From Idiomarina loihiensis L2TR (GTDB taxonomy: Bacteria > Pseudomonadota > Gammaproteobacteria > Enterobacterales > Alteromonadaceae), in assembly GCF_000008465.1 (NCBI RefSeq), contig NC_006512.1, positions 2,807,319-2,839,318 on the forward strand: 32,000 nt of DNA. Direction: 5' to 3'. The position numbers and the translations under genes are program-made. This document shows positions 7,974 to 19,229 of the stretch, piece by piece; the stretch's first letter is position 1, and each line of letters starts with the position of its first letter. Under the pieces are notes generated by a model. The model ran no database searches, was not told the DNA's origin, and saw only the letters and a list, made by a program, of their open reading frames with translations.

Positions 7974-8501
7974 ATGTCTGAAAACGACAGTACTAACGAA
8001 AACTCGCGTCAAGCTTTCCGCGTCTACAAATCTCAGGATAAAAATATTGTTGGTAGCAATATTCCTAAAGAACTAGATACTCACCTAGAAACGCCGCGGA
8101 TTGTATTCGTTCGAGATAAGCATGTCAATAGTAGTTGGCAAAAAGTATTACCAACGGCTAAAAATGACATTACAGCAAAACTTATCGGCTTACAACACTA
8201 TCCTGAAAATTACCTTTCTTACGACATAGACTTACTTACAAGTCTTGACCGTTCAAGCACGGTAAATGGAAGTGTTATTACTGCAGCAGGCCAAACAGGG
8301 AGCATTAATACCCCGTTCATTCTTCATGATCACGATACGCAATACCATGTGGCAGCGTTCGTTAGTAGTGAAGGGCTTTGCCACGTATTAAGTGTATGGC
8401 CATTTGATGTATCAGACAACAACGGCCAGGTTCACAATCGTAAACCTGAGTCCGTCATGTCTAAAGTTGAAAGCTTATATGAGGCTTTAGTACTAGCCTA
8501 A
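7974..8501 (+). CDS. Hypothetical 175-aa protein with no family I can recognise; predicted soluble
   Basis: Clean ORF with a near-perfect SD AAGGAGGT (7962-7969) about 5 nt upstream of the ATG, followed by a strong hairpin terminator. No TM segment or signal peptide is evident. Confidence 0.7.
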   Translation: MSENDSTNENSRQAFRVYKSQDKNIVGSNIPKELDTHLETPRIVFVRDKHVNSSWQKVLPTAKNDITAKLIGLQHYPENYLSYDIDLLTSLDRSSTVNGSVITAAGQTGSINTPFILHDHDTQYHVAAFVSSEGLCHVLSVWPFDVSDNNGQVHNRKPESVMSKVESLYEALVLA

Positions 8502-8519
8502 TACGTTGTAAGAAATAGA

Positions 8520-8548
8520 GCCGCGATGTTCACCGCATCGCGGCTTTT
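8520..8548. terminator. Intrinsic terminator shared by convergent orf175 and the xre-like gene
   Basis: 9-bp GC-rich stem gccgcgatg / catcgcggc with a 7-nt loop, followed by TTTT on the plus strand. The minus-strand side is T-rich (ctctatttctt). Confidence 0.7.
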
Positions 8549-8557
8549 ACTTGTTAC

Positions 8558-8980
8558 CTAAAGAACATCTAACTGGTTAGATGTGCTATCAGTACTGTTC
8601 TCTTTAGCAATCTGATGTGGGGATAGCTTAAACGTAAACCCTCCAGCGAATGCCATTTCAATAAGGCGATCAATACTAAATTGAGATACGCGCTGATTCT
8701 TCAAAAGGCTCACTTGCGCTTGAGTAATTCCTAACGCATTTGCAGCATCTTTTTGCTTCATATTTTTTACTAAACCATAGATAAACATCATCAAGTGTGA
8801 CTTAAAGTTGGTTTTATAAAGCTCGACACTATCCATTCCCGTCTCAGAAATATGGACGGTTTTGCTACCTTGACGCGTCCGAGACACGTCAAACTTCGCA
8901 ATATTACTGTGGCTTTCCTTTTTCTCCTGATCTCGTATCTCCGCGCTATCTACCACACATTTACTTGTGCCGTTTTTCAT
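8558..8980 (-). CDS. XRE-family HTH DNA-binding protein (antitoxin-like, HTH_37/COG5606-type fold) with a polar N-terminal extension of about 45 aa
   Basis: The C-terminal part LMMFIYGLVKNMKQKDAANALGITQAQVSLLKNQRVSQFSIDRLIEMAFAGG has the layout of small XRE antitoxin-type regulators. SD GGAG lies 7 nt upstream of the ATG at 8980. An internal start at M49 (8836) cannot be excluded. Confidence 0.75.
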   Translation of the reverse strand: MKNGTSKCVVDSAEIRDQEKKESHSNIAKFDVSRTRQGSKTVHISETGMDSVELYKTNFKSHLMMFIYGLVKNMKQKDAANALGITQAQVSLLKNQRVSQFSIDRLIEMAFAGGFTFKLSPHQIAKENSTDSTSNQLDVL

Positions 8981-9049
8981 CCTAACTCTCCAATTTCACG
9001 CAGTTATTATTTAGCGAGTTTACAGAAGCTGACTCTCGCACTTGCGAGG

Positions 9050-9064
9050 TAGTAAAATTTACTA
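9050..9064. promoter_or_regulatory. Perfect palindrome TAGTAAA-A-TTTACTA upstream of the xre-like gene; candidate autoregulatory operator
   Basis: Read directly. Centre is 77 nt upstream of the ATG at 8980. A second palindrome CTCGCA-CT-TGCGAG lies adjacent at 9035-9048. Confidence 0.3.
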
Positions 9065-9076
9065 TTAGCCAGCGAC

Positions 9077-9101
9077 AAAAAAACCAGAGAAAAGTCTCTG
9101 G
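9077..9101 (-). terminator. Minus-strand intrinsic terminator just inside the transposon right end
   Basis: The minus strand reads CCAGAGA-CTTT-TCTCTGG followed by TTTTTTT. There is no T-run on the plus-strand side, so it is unidirectional. Confidence 0.6.
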
Positions 9102-9285
9102 AAGTATTGACAGGTGTAAATATATCACCACTCGAATAAAAAAGCCAAATTTTTTGTTGCCTTTTTATACAATCTTTTGTAAAGACGGAAAATTTTTCTA
9201 GAGAGTCTGGAAATTACGAGAAAGAAAGTATCAGGAAAGCATTTAAGGCGGCAGTATTAAGAAGGAAAAAATTAGCAGTGGCGGA

Positions 9286-9351
9286 GTATCAAACTTTATT
9301 CCTAAGTATGATTCTTTATTACTAGGTATGAATCTTTATTACTCCACCACA
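9286..9351 (-). repeat. Tn7-type right end: three 20-bp-spaced TnsB-binding-type direct repeats plus the terminal TGTGG
   Basis: Plus-strand repeats gtatcaaactttattcctaa (9286-9305), gtatgattctttattactag (9306-9325) and gtatgaatctttattactcc (9326-9345), then accaca. Repeats 2 and 3 match at 17 of 20 positions. The reverse complement TGTGGTGGAGTAATAAAGATTCATAC resembles the Tn7R terminus TGTGGGCGGACAATAAAGTCTTAAAC as I recall it. Confidence 0.85.
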
Positions 9352-9372
9352 AAAAAAAGGGCCTTTCGGCCC
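9352..9372 (-). terminator. glmS intrinsic terminator, retained and abutting the transposon terminus
   Basis: The minus strand reads GGGCC-GAAA-GGCCC followed by a T-run that continues into the terminal T of the element. Confidence 0.75.
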
Positions 9373-9376
9373 TTTC

Positions 9377-9412
9377 TTATTCCACAGTAACTGACTTGGC
9401 CAAGTTCCTGGG
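9377..9412. other. Predicted TnsD recognition segment of attTn7 (last 11 codons plus the stop codon of glmS)
   Basis: Encodes [11 protein letters not shown]. In E. coli, TnsD binds the equivalent glmS 3' coding segment about +23 to +58 from the insertion point. The geometry here is the same. Confidence 0.6.
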
Positions 9413-11209
9413 CTGATCCACATCGGTACCTTTTATCAGAGCTACGTAATAGGACAGCAGCTGTAATGGAACGGTATAGACAATAGGCGCTATCACTTCG
9501 TCGCAATGGCAGACGTTAAGTACGGTTAACGAGTCATCGCCTTTGAAGCGGGCGTTTTTGTCGGCAAAAACGTACATTAGGCCACCTCGAGCGCGCACTT
9601 CTTCAACGTTGGACTTCAGTTTTTCCAGCAAATCATTGTTCGGTGCTACGACAATAACCGGCATTTCTTCGTCAATAAGTGCTAACGGGCCGTGTTTTAA
9701 CTCACCGGCGGCATAAGCTTCAGCGTGAATGTATGAAATTTCTTTCAGTTTTAACGCGCCTTCCATAGCAATAGGGTATTGGTTACCACGCCCCAGGAAC
9801 AAGCTATGTTCTTTGTTCGCAAAGTCCTGCGCTAACTCTTCAATTTCATCGGCTAAGGACACCGCTTCTTCCAGCTTAGTTGGCAACGCCTGTAGGGCAT
9901 GAACAACGGCTTCTTGCTGCTGCTCTGGCATGCCGCGATATTTGCCTATACCCAAGGTCAGCATAAGCAGGCCGGTTAACTGGGTAGTAAAGGCTTTAGT
10001 CGATGCCACGCCAATTTCTGCGCCGGCACGGGTTAAAAAGGCCAGGTCGGATTCGCGCACCATAGACGATGAGCCCACGTTACAAATGGTCAGACTGCCT
10101 TTATAGCCAAGCTTTTTGGACAAGCGCAGTGCCGCTAGAGTGTCTGCCGTTTCACCGCTTTGTGAAATAGTCACCAACAAACTGTTCGGGTGAACATAGG
10201 ACTTGCGGTAACGAAACTCCGAGGCAATTTCAACATTGCACGACACATTTGCCATAGATTCCAGCCAATAGCGCGCCACCATGCCCGCATGGTAACTGGT
10301 ACCACAAGCGACTATCTGAACATGCTCAATGTCTTTTAGAATGTCAGCGGCATTCTCGCCAAAAGCATTATCCAACACGGAAATTTCAGACAAACGGCCT
10401 TCCAGCGTGTTACGCACGGCAATAGGCTGCTCGTAAATTTCTTTCAGCATAAAGTGGCGATACTGGCCTTTGCCACCGGCGTCGTAGCTTACGTCAGATT
10501 CAACAACCTCGCGTTCTACCGCGTTGCCTTCAGAATCGTAAATGTCGATTTCAGTGCGGTTAATATCTGCAACATCGCCTTCTTCCAGATAGATAAATTG
10601 GCGGGTCACGGGCAATAATGCGAGCTGATCTGAAGCTACAAAGTTCTCGCCAATACCCACACCAATAACCAGAGGGCTACCGGAACGGGCAACCACTAAA
10701 CGCTCCGGGTATTGGGTATCCATAACCACGGTGCCGTAAGCACCTTCCAACTGACGTACTGCTGATTTAACGGCAGCCAGTAAGTCGCCATGAGTTTTAC
10801 GCTCATGATGAATTAAGTGAGCGATTACTTCGGTGTCAGTCTGCGAATTAAAGACATAACCTTCGGCTTGCAGCTCTTCGCGCAGGCGTTCGTGGTTTTC
10901 GATAATGCCATTATGCACTACGGCAATTTCGTCTTCTGAACGGTGAGGGTGAGCGTTCGCTTCCGTAACCCCGCCATGCGTTGCCCAACGTGTATGGGCA
11001 ATACCGATAGTGCCGTCTAAGGGATTTTGCTCTATGGCGTCTTTCAGCTCCTGTACCTTACCGGTACGGCGTACGCTTTTAAGATGGTTATCAGCGTCGA
11101 TAACAGCCACACCCGCCGAGTCATACCCCCGGTATTCCAGTCGTTTTAAACCTTCCAGCAAAATACCTGTTACCCGACGTTCCGACGTGGCGCCTACAAT
11201 ACCGCACAT
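9377..11209 (-). CDS. glmS: Glutamine--fructose-6-phosphate aminotransferase
   Basis: 610 aa. N-terminal MCGIVG nucleophile and C-terminal [13 protein letters not shown]. Full-length similarity to enterobacterial GlmS. Confidence 0.97.
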   Translation of the reverse strand: MCGIVGATSERRVTGILLEGLKRLEYRGYDSAGVAVIDADNHLKSVRRTGKVQELKDAIEQNPLDGTIGIAHTRWATHGGVTEANAHPHRSEDEIAVVHNGIIENHERLREELQAEGYVFNSQTDTEVIAHLIHHERKTHGDLLAAVKSAVRQLEGAYGTVVMDTQYPERLVVARSGSPLVIGVGIGENFVASDQLALLPVTRQFIYLEEGDVADINRTEIDIYDSEGNAVEREVVESDVSYDAGGKGQYRHFMLKEIYEQPIAVRNTLEGRLSEISVLDNAFGENAADILKDIEHVQIVACGTSYHAGMVARYWLESMANVSCNVEIASEFRYRKSYVHPNSLLVTISQSGETADTLAALRLSKKLGYKGSLTICNVGSSSMVRESDLAFLTRAGAEIGVASTKAFTTQLTGLLMLTLGIGKYRGMPEQQQEAVVHALQALPTKLEEAVSLADEIEELAQDFANKEHSLFLGRGNQYPIAMEGALKLKEISYIHAEAYAAGELKHGPLALIDEEMPVIVVAPNNDLLEKLKSNVEEVRARGGLMYVFADKNARFKGDDSLTVLNVCHCDEVIAPIVYTVPLQLLSYYVALIKGTDVDQPRNLAKSVTVE

Positions 11210-11212
11210 AAG

Positions 11213-12583
11213 TTAAGTTCCTTTTTTCGACTGTGGACGTTGCCATCCGCTGATATTACGCTGCTTGCCGCGGGCAACAGCCAGTTCTTCGTCCGCTACA
11301 GCCCGGGTAATAACCGAGCCGGCGCCAACGGTTGCATTCTTACCAATGGCGACAGGCGCAACCAGAGAGCTGTTTGAGCCTATAAAAGCGCCGTCACCAA
11401 TTTCGGTGAGTGCTTTATTCACACCATCGTAATTGCAGGTAATGGTACCTGCACCAATGTTTGCGTATTCACCCACCTGAGTGTCGCCCAAATAGGTTAA
11501 ATGGCTGGCTTTAGAACCTTTACCCAGGCGGCTTTTTTTCATCTCGACAAAGTTTCCGACCTGCGCTTCATCCGCAAGTTCCGCACCAGGGCGCAAACGC
11601 GCGAAAGGACCAACTTTACAGCCTTTCGCCACTTTTGCGTCTTCAATATGGGAGTTCGCGCGAATAACGGTGTCATCACCAATAACGGAGTTTCTTATGA
11701 CACAGTTTGGTTCAATAACAACCCGGTCACCCAGAACCACATTGCCTTCAAACACTGCGTTAATATCAATAGTGACATCACTGCCGGCACTCAGTTTACC
11801 GCGACAATCGAAGCGGGCAGGGTCAATTAAGGTAACGCCCTGGGTCATCAGCTCTTCAGCCTGACGCTGCTGCAGTGCTCTCTCTAAAGAGGCTAATTGC
11901 TGACGGTTATTGGCACCTTCCACTTCCTGAGCGTTGTCAGGCTGTGCAGTGGCAATATTAATACCTTCCCGCGCCGCCATTGCCACAATATCGGTCAGGT
12001 AATATTCTTTTTGCGCATTGTCATTACTCAATTGCTCAAGCCAGCTTTTTAATTTATCGCTGTCGGCAATCATAATGCCGGTGTTCACTTCATTAATCGC
12101 TAATTGCTGCGCGTTGGCGTCCTTTTGCTCAACAATACCGGTTACACTGCGGCGTTCATTACGCACAATACGGCCATAACCTGTAGGCTCGGCAAGCGTC
12201 ATAGTCAACAAACCAAGCGAGGTGTTTGCGCTGGCCGTTACCAATTTAATTAAGGTGGATTCTGTCAGCAGCGGCACGTCACCATACAAAATAATGACTT
12301 TTTCACTGCTTTTCAGGTGCGGAATAACCTGCTGAACCGCATGTCCTGTACCCAATTGTTCGCGTTGTTCAACCCAGGTTAAGTCATCACCTGCTATCGC
12401 CTGTTTAAGCTGATCGCCGCCATGGCCGTAAATTAAATTAATGGCGTCAGGCTTTAGCGACCTGGCTGTATCAATAACATGCTCTACCATAGGTTTATTC
12501 GCCACCTTATGTAGCACCTTTGGCAGCTCCGATCGCATGCGGGTTCCTTTTCCTGCGGCCAGAATAACAACGCGTAACTTCAT
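11213..12583 (-). CDS. glmU: Bifunctional GlcNAc-1-P uridyltransferase / GlcN-1-P acetyltransferase
   Basis: 456 aa. LAAGKGTRM nucleotidyltransferase motif and C-terminal left-handed beta-helix hexapeptide repeats. Sits upstream of glmS. Confidence 0.96.
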   Translation of the reverse strand: MKLRVVILAAGKGTRMRSELPKVLHKVANKPMVEHVIDTARSLKPDAINLIYGHGGDQLKQAIAGDDLTWVEQREQLGTGHAVQQVIPHLKSSEKVIILYGDVPLLTESTLIKLVTASANTSLGLLTMTLAEPTGYGRIVRNERRSVTGIVEQKDANAQQLAINEVNTGIMIADSDKLKSWLEQLSNDNAQKEYYLTDIVAMAAREGINIATAQPDNAQEVEGANNRQQLASLERALQQRQAEELMTQGVTLIDPARFDCRGKLSAGSDVTIDINAVFEGNVVLGDRVVIEPNCVIRNSVIGDDTVIRANSHIEDAKVAKGCKVGPFARLRPGAELADEAQVGNFVEMKKSRLGKGSKASHLTYLGDTQVGEYANIGAGTITCNYDGVNKALTEIGDGAFIGSNSSLVAPVAIGKNATVGAGSVITRAVADEELAVARGKQRNISGWQRPQSKKGT

Positions 12584-12645
12584 ATTAATGGGTCCTTAAT
12601 TCAATCGCTGGCGTAAGCCTTATGACATTAGCTTATTGTAACGAC

Positions 12646-12677
12646 AAAAAAGGCCCTGTTGCACTAACAACAAGGCC
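12646..12677 (-). terminator. Terminator after atpC (end of the atp operon)
   Basis: Hairpin ggccctgttg / caacaaggcc (one mismatch) flanked by A6 and T4. The minus strand reads stem-loop plus TTTTTT. Confidence 0.65.
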
Positions 12678-12702
12678 TTTTACGTATTTTAACGCAGAAG
12701 TT

Positions 12703-13119
12703 TTAGCGCTTAAGCTTACGAATAATATCGATTTGAGCTAACGCACGCGATAGCTCAGCAATCGCTTCTGCATAGGTCACATCAGAACCTGAATCGGCAA
12801 TGGCTTCTTCAGCGCGTTTCTTCGCTGCTTCGGCTTCCTGCAGGTCAAGCTCGTCACCACGAACAGCAACGTCCGCAAGAACAATAACGTGACCAGGCTG
12901 TACTTCTAACACACCACCGGCAACATAAAGAAGCTCTTCGTCGCCCGCTTCGCTAACATAACGAACCATACCTGGTTTGATTTTAGTCAAAAGGGGCGCG
13001 TGACCTGGGTAAATACCCAGCTCACCTTCGCTACCAGTGACCTGAACCGTTTGTACAACGCCTGAGAACAATTTGTCTTCAGCGCTAACAACGTCCAGAT
13101 TTAATGTTTGTGTTGCCAT
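12703..13119 (-). CDS. atpC: F1 ATP synthase epsilon subunit
   Basis: 138 aa. Position and sequence typical of AtpC. Confidence 0.95.
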   Translation of the reverse strand: MATQTLNLDVVSAEDKLFSGVVQTVQVTGSEGELGIYPGHAPLLTKIKPGMVRYVSEAGDEELLYVAGGVLEVQPGHVIVLADVAVRGDELDLQEAEAAKKRAEEAIADSGSDVTYAEAIAELSRALAQIDIIRKLKR

Positions 13120-13136
13120 TCAAACCTCCCGGTCGG

Positions 13137-14540
<1,404 letters not shown>

Positions 14541-14564
14541 TCAATTCTGTTAACCGTTGCCGCA

Positions 14565-15428
14565 TTATACCGCTTCGGCGCCGGACACGATTTCCGAAAT
14601 TTCTTGCGTAATTGCTGCCTGACGAGCCTTGTTATATCGCAATTGTAATTGGTCAATAATATCTTCGGCATTGTCTGTTGCAGCTTTCATCGCAATCATC
14701 CGAGCGGCTTGCTCACTAGCAAAATTATCCACTACGCCTTGGTACACTTGCATTTCTACGAAGCGACGAATTAGCGTATCCAGGATACTTTCCGGATTCG
14801 GCTCATACAGGTAATCCCAGCTACCTGTCTGCACATCTTCTTCCGATCCTGCTTGCGGCAATGGCAACAATTGATGAATGGTCGGCTCCTGGGTCATCGT
14901 ATTCACAAACTTATTGAATACAACGTACAAGCGATCGATTTTGCCTTCTTCAAAAGCATCCAGCATAACCTGGATAGAACCGGTAATTTCCTTCAGTTCT
15001 GGCTTATCGCCCATACCTGAAACCTGCGCTTTCAACTTACCAAAACGCTTGAAGAAACTGGTTCCTTTGCTGCCTATAGCGGCAAAATCCGCTTCAACAT
15101 CCTGCTCTTTCCATTCGTTAGCGTGTTTAACGACTTTTTTGAACTCATTACCGTTCAAGCCGCCACACAAACCACGATCGGTAGACACAATGATGTAACC
15201 CACACGCTTAACCTGACGTTCTTCCATAAATGGATGACGATACTCGAGGTTACCGCGCGCCACATGACCAATCACCTTGCGAATGGTGTCCGCATAGGGG
15301 CGACTTGCCTCCATACGTTCCTGCGCCTTTTTCATTTTCGACGCAGCGACCATTTCCATAGCACTGGTGATCTTCTGAGTATTACCGATACTCGAGATCT
15401 GAGTTTTTATCTCTTTACCGCTGGCCAT
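14565..15428 (-). CDS. atpG: F1 ATP synthase gamma subunit
   Basis: 287 aa. The [26 protein letters not shown]-terminus is typical of AtpG. Confidence 0.96.
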
Positions 15429-15482
15429 GACGATTCTCCTGTTAACTCAACGACAAATGGCCGCTATTGCGGCCAGGTGCGA

Positions 15483-17030
15483 TTACCATGATTGCGTTTG
15501 CTTGAATTTCTCAAGCGCGGCTTTCAATTGCGCATCGATGTCGTCGTTATAGTTGCCAGTTTTATCAATCTCAGCCATTAGCTCGGCGTATTCGCTCGCC
15601 ATGAAAGATTGCAGAGATTCTTCAAAATCCATGATTTTGTCGATTTCTACGTCTTTCAAGAAGCCTTTTTCAACGGCATAAATTGATACAGCCATTTGAG
15701 CCACGCTCATAGGCTTGTACTGTTTCTGTTTCATCAGTTCGGTAACACGTTGACCGTGCTCTAACTGTGAACGAGTCGATTCATCAAGGTCAGATGCGAA
15801 CTGAGCGAACGCCGCCAATTCACGATACTGAGCCAGGGCAAGACGGATACCGCCACCCAGTTTCTTGATGATTTTCGTTTGTGCTGAACCACCAACACGT
15901 GAAACCGAGACACCAGCGTTAACCGCAGGACGAATACCTGAGTTAAATAAGTCAGTTTCAAGGAAGATCTGACCATCGGTGATAGAGATAACGTTAGTCG
16001 GTACGAATGCCGATACGTCACCTGCCTGAGTTTCAATGATAGGTAAGGCAGTTAATGAGCCGGTCTGGCCTTTCACTTTACCGTCAGTGAATTTTTCTAC
16101 GTAGTCAGCGTTAACACGCGCAGCACGCTCAAGTAGACGAGAGTGAAGGTAGAAAACGTCACCAGGGAATGCTTCACGACCCGGTGGACGACGCAACAAC
16201 AGTGAAATTTGACGATAAGCAACAGCCTGTTTAGACAGGTCATCGTATACAATCAGAGCGTCTTCACCGCGGTCACGGAAGTATTCACCCATGGTACAAC
16301 CAGAGTAAGCTGCCAGATATTGCAGGGCTGCTGATTCAGAAGCAGAAGCCGCAACTACAATGGTGTTTTCCATTGCGCCGTGCTCTTCTAACTTACGTAC
16401 AACCGCTGAAATGGTTGAGTTTTTCTGACCAATGGCTACGTAAACACACTTAATACCAGAATCTTTCTGATTGATAATAGCGTCTACTGCTAAAGCCGTT
16501 TTACCTGTCTGACGGTCACCGATGATAAGCTCACGCTGACCACGACCAACCGGAATCATCGAGTCAATTGACTTGTAACCCGTTTGTACTGGCTGATCAA
16601 CTGACTGACGTTCAATAACGCCCGGTGCGATTTTCTCGACTGGCTCATAGCCGTCAGCTTCGATAGGACCTTTACCGTCGATAGGCTGGCCTAGTGTGTT
16701 AACCACACGACCCAACAGTTTTTCGCCAACCGGAACTTCAAGGATACGACCGGTTGATTTTACTTTGGTGCCTTCCTGCAAGTCTGCATAAGGGCCCATA
16801 ACAACCGCACCTACAGAATCACGTTCAAGGTTTAGTGCGATAGCGTAACGATTACCAGGTAGCTCAACCATTTCACCTTGCAGACAGTCTGCAAGTCCGT
16901 GGATGCGAATGATACCGTCTTGAACAGACATGATGGTACCTTCGTTGCGAGCTTCGCTGGTGACTTCGAACTTCTCAATTCGCTGTTTGATCAGTTCTGC
17001 GATTTCATTTGAATTCAATTGCATGCTCAA
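15483..17030 (-). CDS. atpA: F1 ATP synthase alpha subunit
   Basis: 515 aa. GDRQTGKT P-loop. Confidence 0.98.
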   Translation of the reverse strand: MSMQLNSNEIAELIKQRIEKFEVTSEARNEGTIMSVQDGIIRIHGLADCLQGEMVELPGNRYAIALNLERDSVGAVVMGPYADLQEGTKVKSTGRILEVPVGEKLLGRVVNTLGQPIDGKGPIEADGYEPVEKIAPGVIERQSVDQPVQTGYKSIDSMIPVGRGQRELIIGDRQTGKTALAVDAIINQKDSGIKCVYVAIGQKNSTISAVVRKLEEHGAMENTIVVAASASESAALQYLAAYSGCTMGEYFRDRGEDALIVYDDLSKQAVAYRQISLLLRRPPGREAFPGDVFYLHSRLLERAARVNADYVEKFTDGKVKGQTGSLTALPIIETQAGDVSAFVPTNVISITDGQIFLETDLFNSGIRPAVNAGVSVSRVGGSAQTKIIKKLGGGIRLALAQYRELAAFAQFASDLDESTRSQLEHGQRVTELMKQKQYKPMSVAQMAVSIYAVEKGFLKDVEIDKIMDFEESLQSFMASEYAELMAEIDKTGNYNDDIDAQLKAALEKFKQTQSW

Positions 17031-17038
17031 GTCCCCAA

Positions 17039-17572
17039 TTAGGATTGCAGTGCGTAAGCAAGTCTGTCGAGCTTGCCGCGCAAGGTGCCGTCAATAACGG
17101 TATCACCAGCTTCTATAACAAGTCCGCCAATAATGGACTTGTCGACACTGCAGTTCAGCTTAATTTTGCGTTGCAGGCGCTTCTCAAGTGCTTTAATCAA
17201 AGCCGTTTGTTGTGCTTTCAGCAGTTTAACTGCCGATTTAACATCTACAGTGACTTCTTTGTCATGTTCAGCACGAAGCGTCTGATAGAGCTCACTAACT
17301 GCTGGTAACACTGGCAGACGTTCATTTTCAGCCAGTACTTTAACGAAGTTCTTAGCGTTGTCGTCGAGCTCGTCGCCGCAAACACCCAAGAAAACCTCTG
17401 TTGTTTTCCCAACAGTCGAGGAGCTACTCAAAAATGAGGCAATAGTCTCGTCTTGCGCCACCGCAGCAGCGAAGCTAAGCATTTCTGCCCACTTATCGAG
17501 CGCTCCCTGTTCTAAAGCAAAATCAAAAGCTGCTTTTGCGTAAGGGCGAGCGACCGTAGTCAGTTCTGACAT
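17039..17572 (-). CDS. atpH: F1 ATP synthase delta subunit
   Basis: 177 aa. The [15 protein letters not shown]-terminus is typical. Confidence 0.95.
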   Translation of the reverse strand: MSELTTVARPYAKAAFDFALEQGALDKWAEMLSFAAAVAQDETIASFLSSSSTVGKTTEVFLGVCGDELDDNAKNFVKVLAENERLPVLPAVSELYQTLRAEHDKEVTVDVKSAVKLLKAQQTALIKALEKRLQRKIKLNCSVDKSIIGGLVIEAGDTVIDGTLRGKLDRLAYALQS

Positions 17573-17589
17573 AAGCTCAAACCCCTTTA

Positions 17590-18060
17590 TTAAAGTTCAG
17601 CGACCAGTTTTTCAACAATGTCACTATGAGCGTCTTTATCAATTTCACGCTCAATGATTTTCTGAGCCCCAGACACCGCTAATACGGCAACTTGCTTGCG
17701 CAGCTCTTCGCGAACACGATTGCGTTCAGCAGCAACTTCTTCATGTCCGGCCGCAACGATTTTTTCACGTTCTTCGTGGCCACGTTGAGTTTCTTCCTCA
17801 ACAATTTTAGCACCACGTTTTTTCGACTGTTCAATGATTTCAGCGGCTTGCTGTTTCGCTTCTTTGAGCTGCTCGGCAATTTCTTGCTGGGCTTTCTCTA
17901 AATCTTTTTGAGCACGTTCACCGGCATTAAGGCCGTCAGCAATTTTCTTCTGACGTTCCTCGATAGCTTTGATGATCGGTGGCCATACAAATTTCATGCA
18001 GAACCACACGAACACGATAAACGCGATCGTTTGTCCAATTAGAGTAGCGTTGATATTCAC
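17590..18060 (-). CDS. atpF: F0 ATP synthase b subunit
   Basis: 156 aa. N-terminal TM helix followed by a long charged helix. Confidence 0.95.
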   Translation of the reverse strand: MNINATLIGQTIAFIVFVWFCMKFVWPPIIKAIEERQKKIADGLNAGERAQKDLEKAQQEIAEQLKEAKQQAAEIIEQSKKRGAKIVEEETQRGHEEREKIVAAGHEEVAAERNRVREELRKQVAVLAVSGAQKIIEREIDKDAHSDIVEKLVAEL

Positions 18061-18097
18061 AACGGACCTCCTTCAGTTGGTGACCGTCGAATAACGA

Positions 18098-18379
<282 letters not shown>

Positions 18380-18419
18380 TTAAAGTTAAAAGTAAAGCTA
18401 AAAACTTTTGTTTCGAACA

Positions 18420-19229
<810 letters not shown>

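Larger units (their letters stand above)
1..9351 (-). mobile_element. Tn7-family transposon, right-end portion (tnsABCDE core plus right-end-proximal accessory module) inserted at attTn7; left end lies beyond the window start
   Basis: tnsA-B-C-D-E homologues in Tn7 order on the minus strand. The minus-strand terminus reads 5'-TGTGGTGGAGTAATAAAG..., ending at 9351, followed inward by three 20-bp-spaced direct repeats. The terminus lies 25 nt past the glmS stop codon (9377-9379) with the tnsA-proximal end facing glmS, which is the classical attTn7 geometry. Confidence 0.9.

Noticed and set aside
9286-9345. Regularly spaced 20-bp direct repeats that could be mistaken for a mini CRISPR array
   Set aside because: The repeats are contiguous with no spacers. 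They end in the TGTGG terminus and resemble the Tn7 TnsB-binding core AATAAAG. No cas genes are present in the window.
9278-9350. 11-bp inverted repeat gtggcggagta (9278-9288) / tactccaccac (9340-9350) bracketing the TnsB repeats
   Set aside because: It is a 10 of 11 match. By my rough estimate, on the order of one such pair is expected by chance in a region this size. No functional geometry is obvious.
9352-9376. Possibility that the hairpin after glmS belongs to the transposon or is a regulatory RNA element (e.g. a glmS ribozyme)
   Set aside because: It is a simple GC stem plus T-run located 3' of the gene, so it is a terminator. glmS ribozymes are 5'-UTR elements of Gram-positive bacteria and nothing comparable is present.
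15891-15906. parS-like sequence (accaaCACGTGAAACc) inside atpA
   Set aside because: Only one half-site matches the TGTTTCACGTGAAACA consensus (10 of 16). It is explained by atpA coding sequence. I found no full parS in the window.
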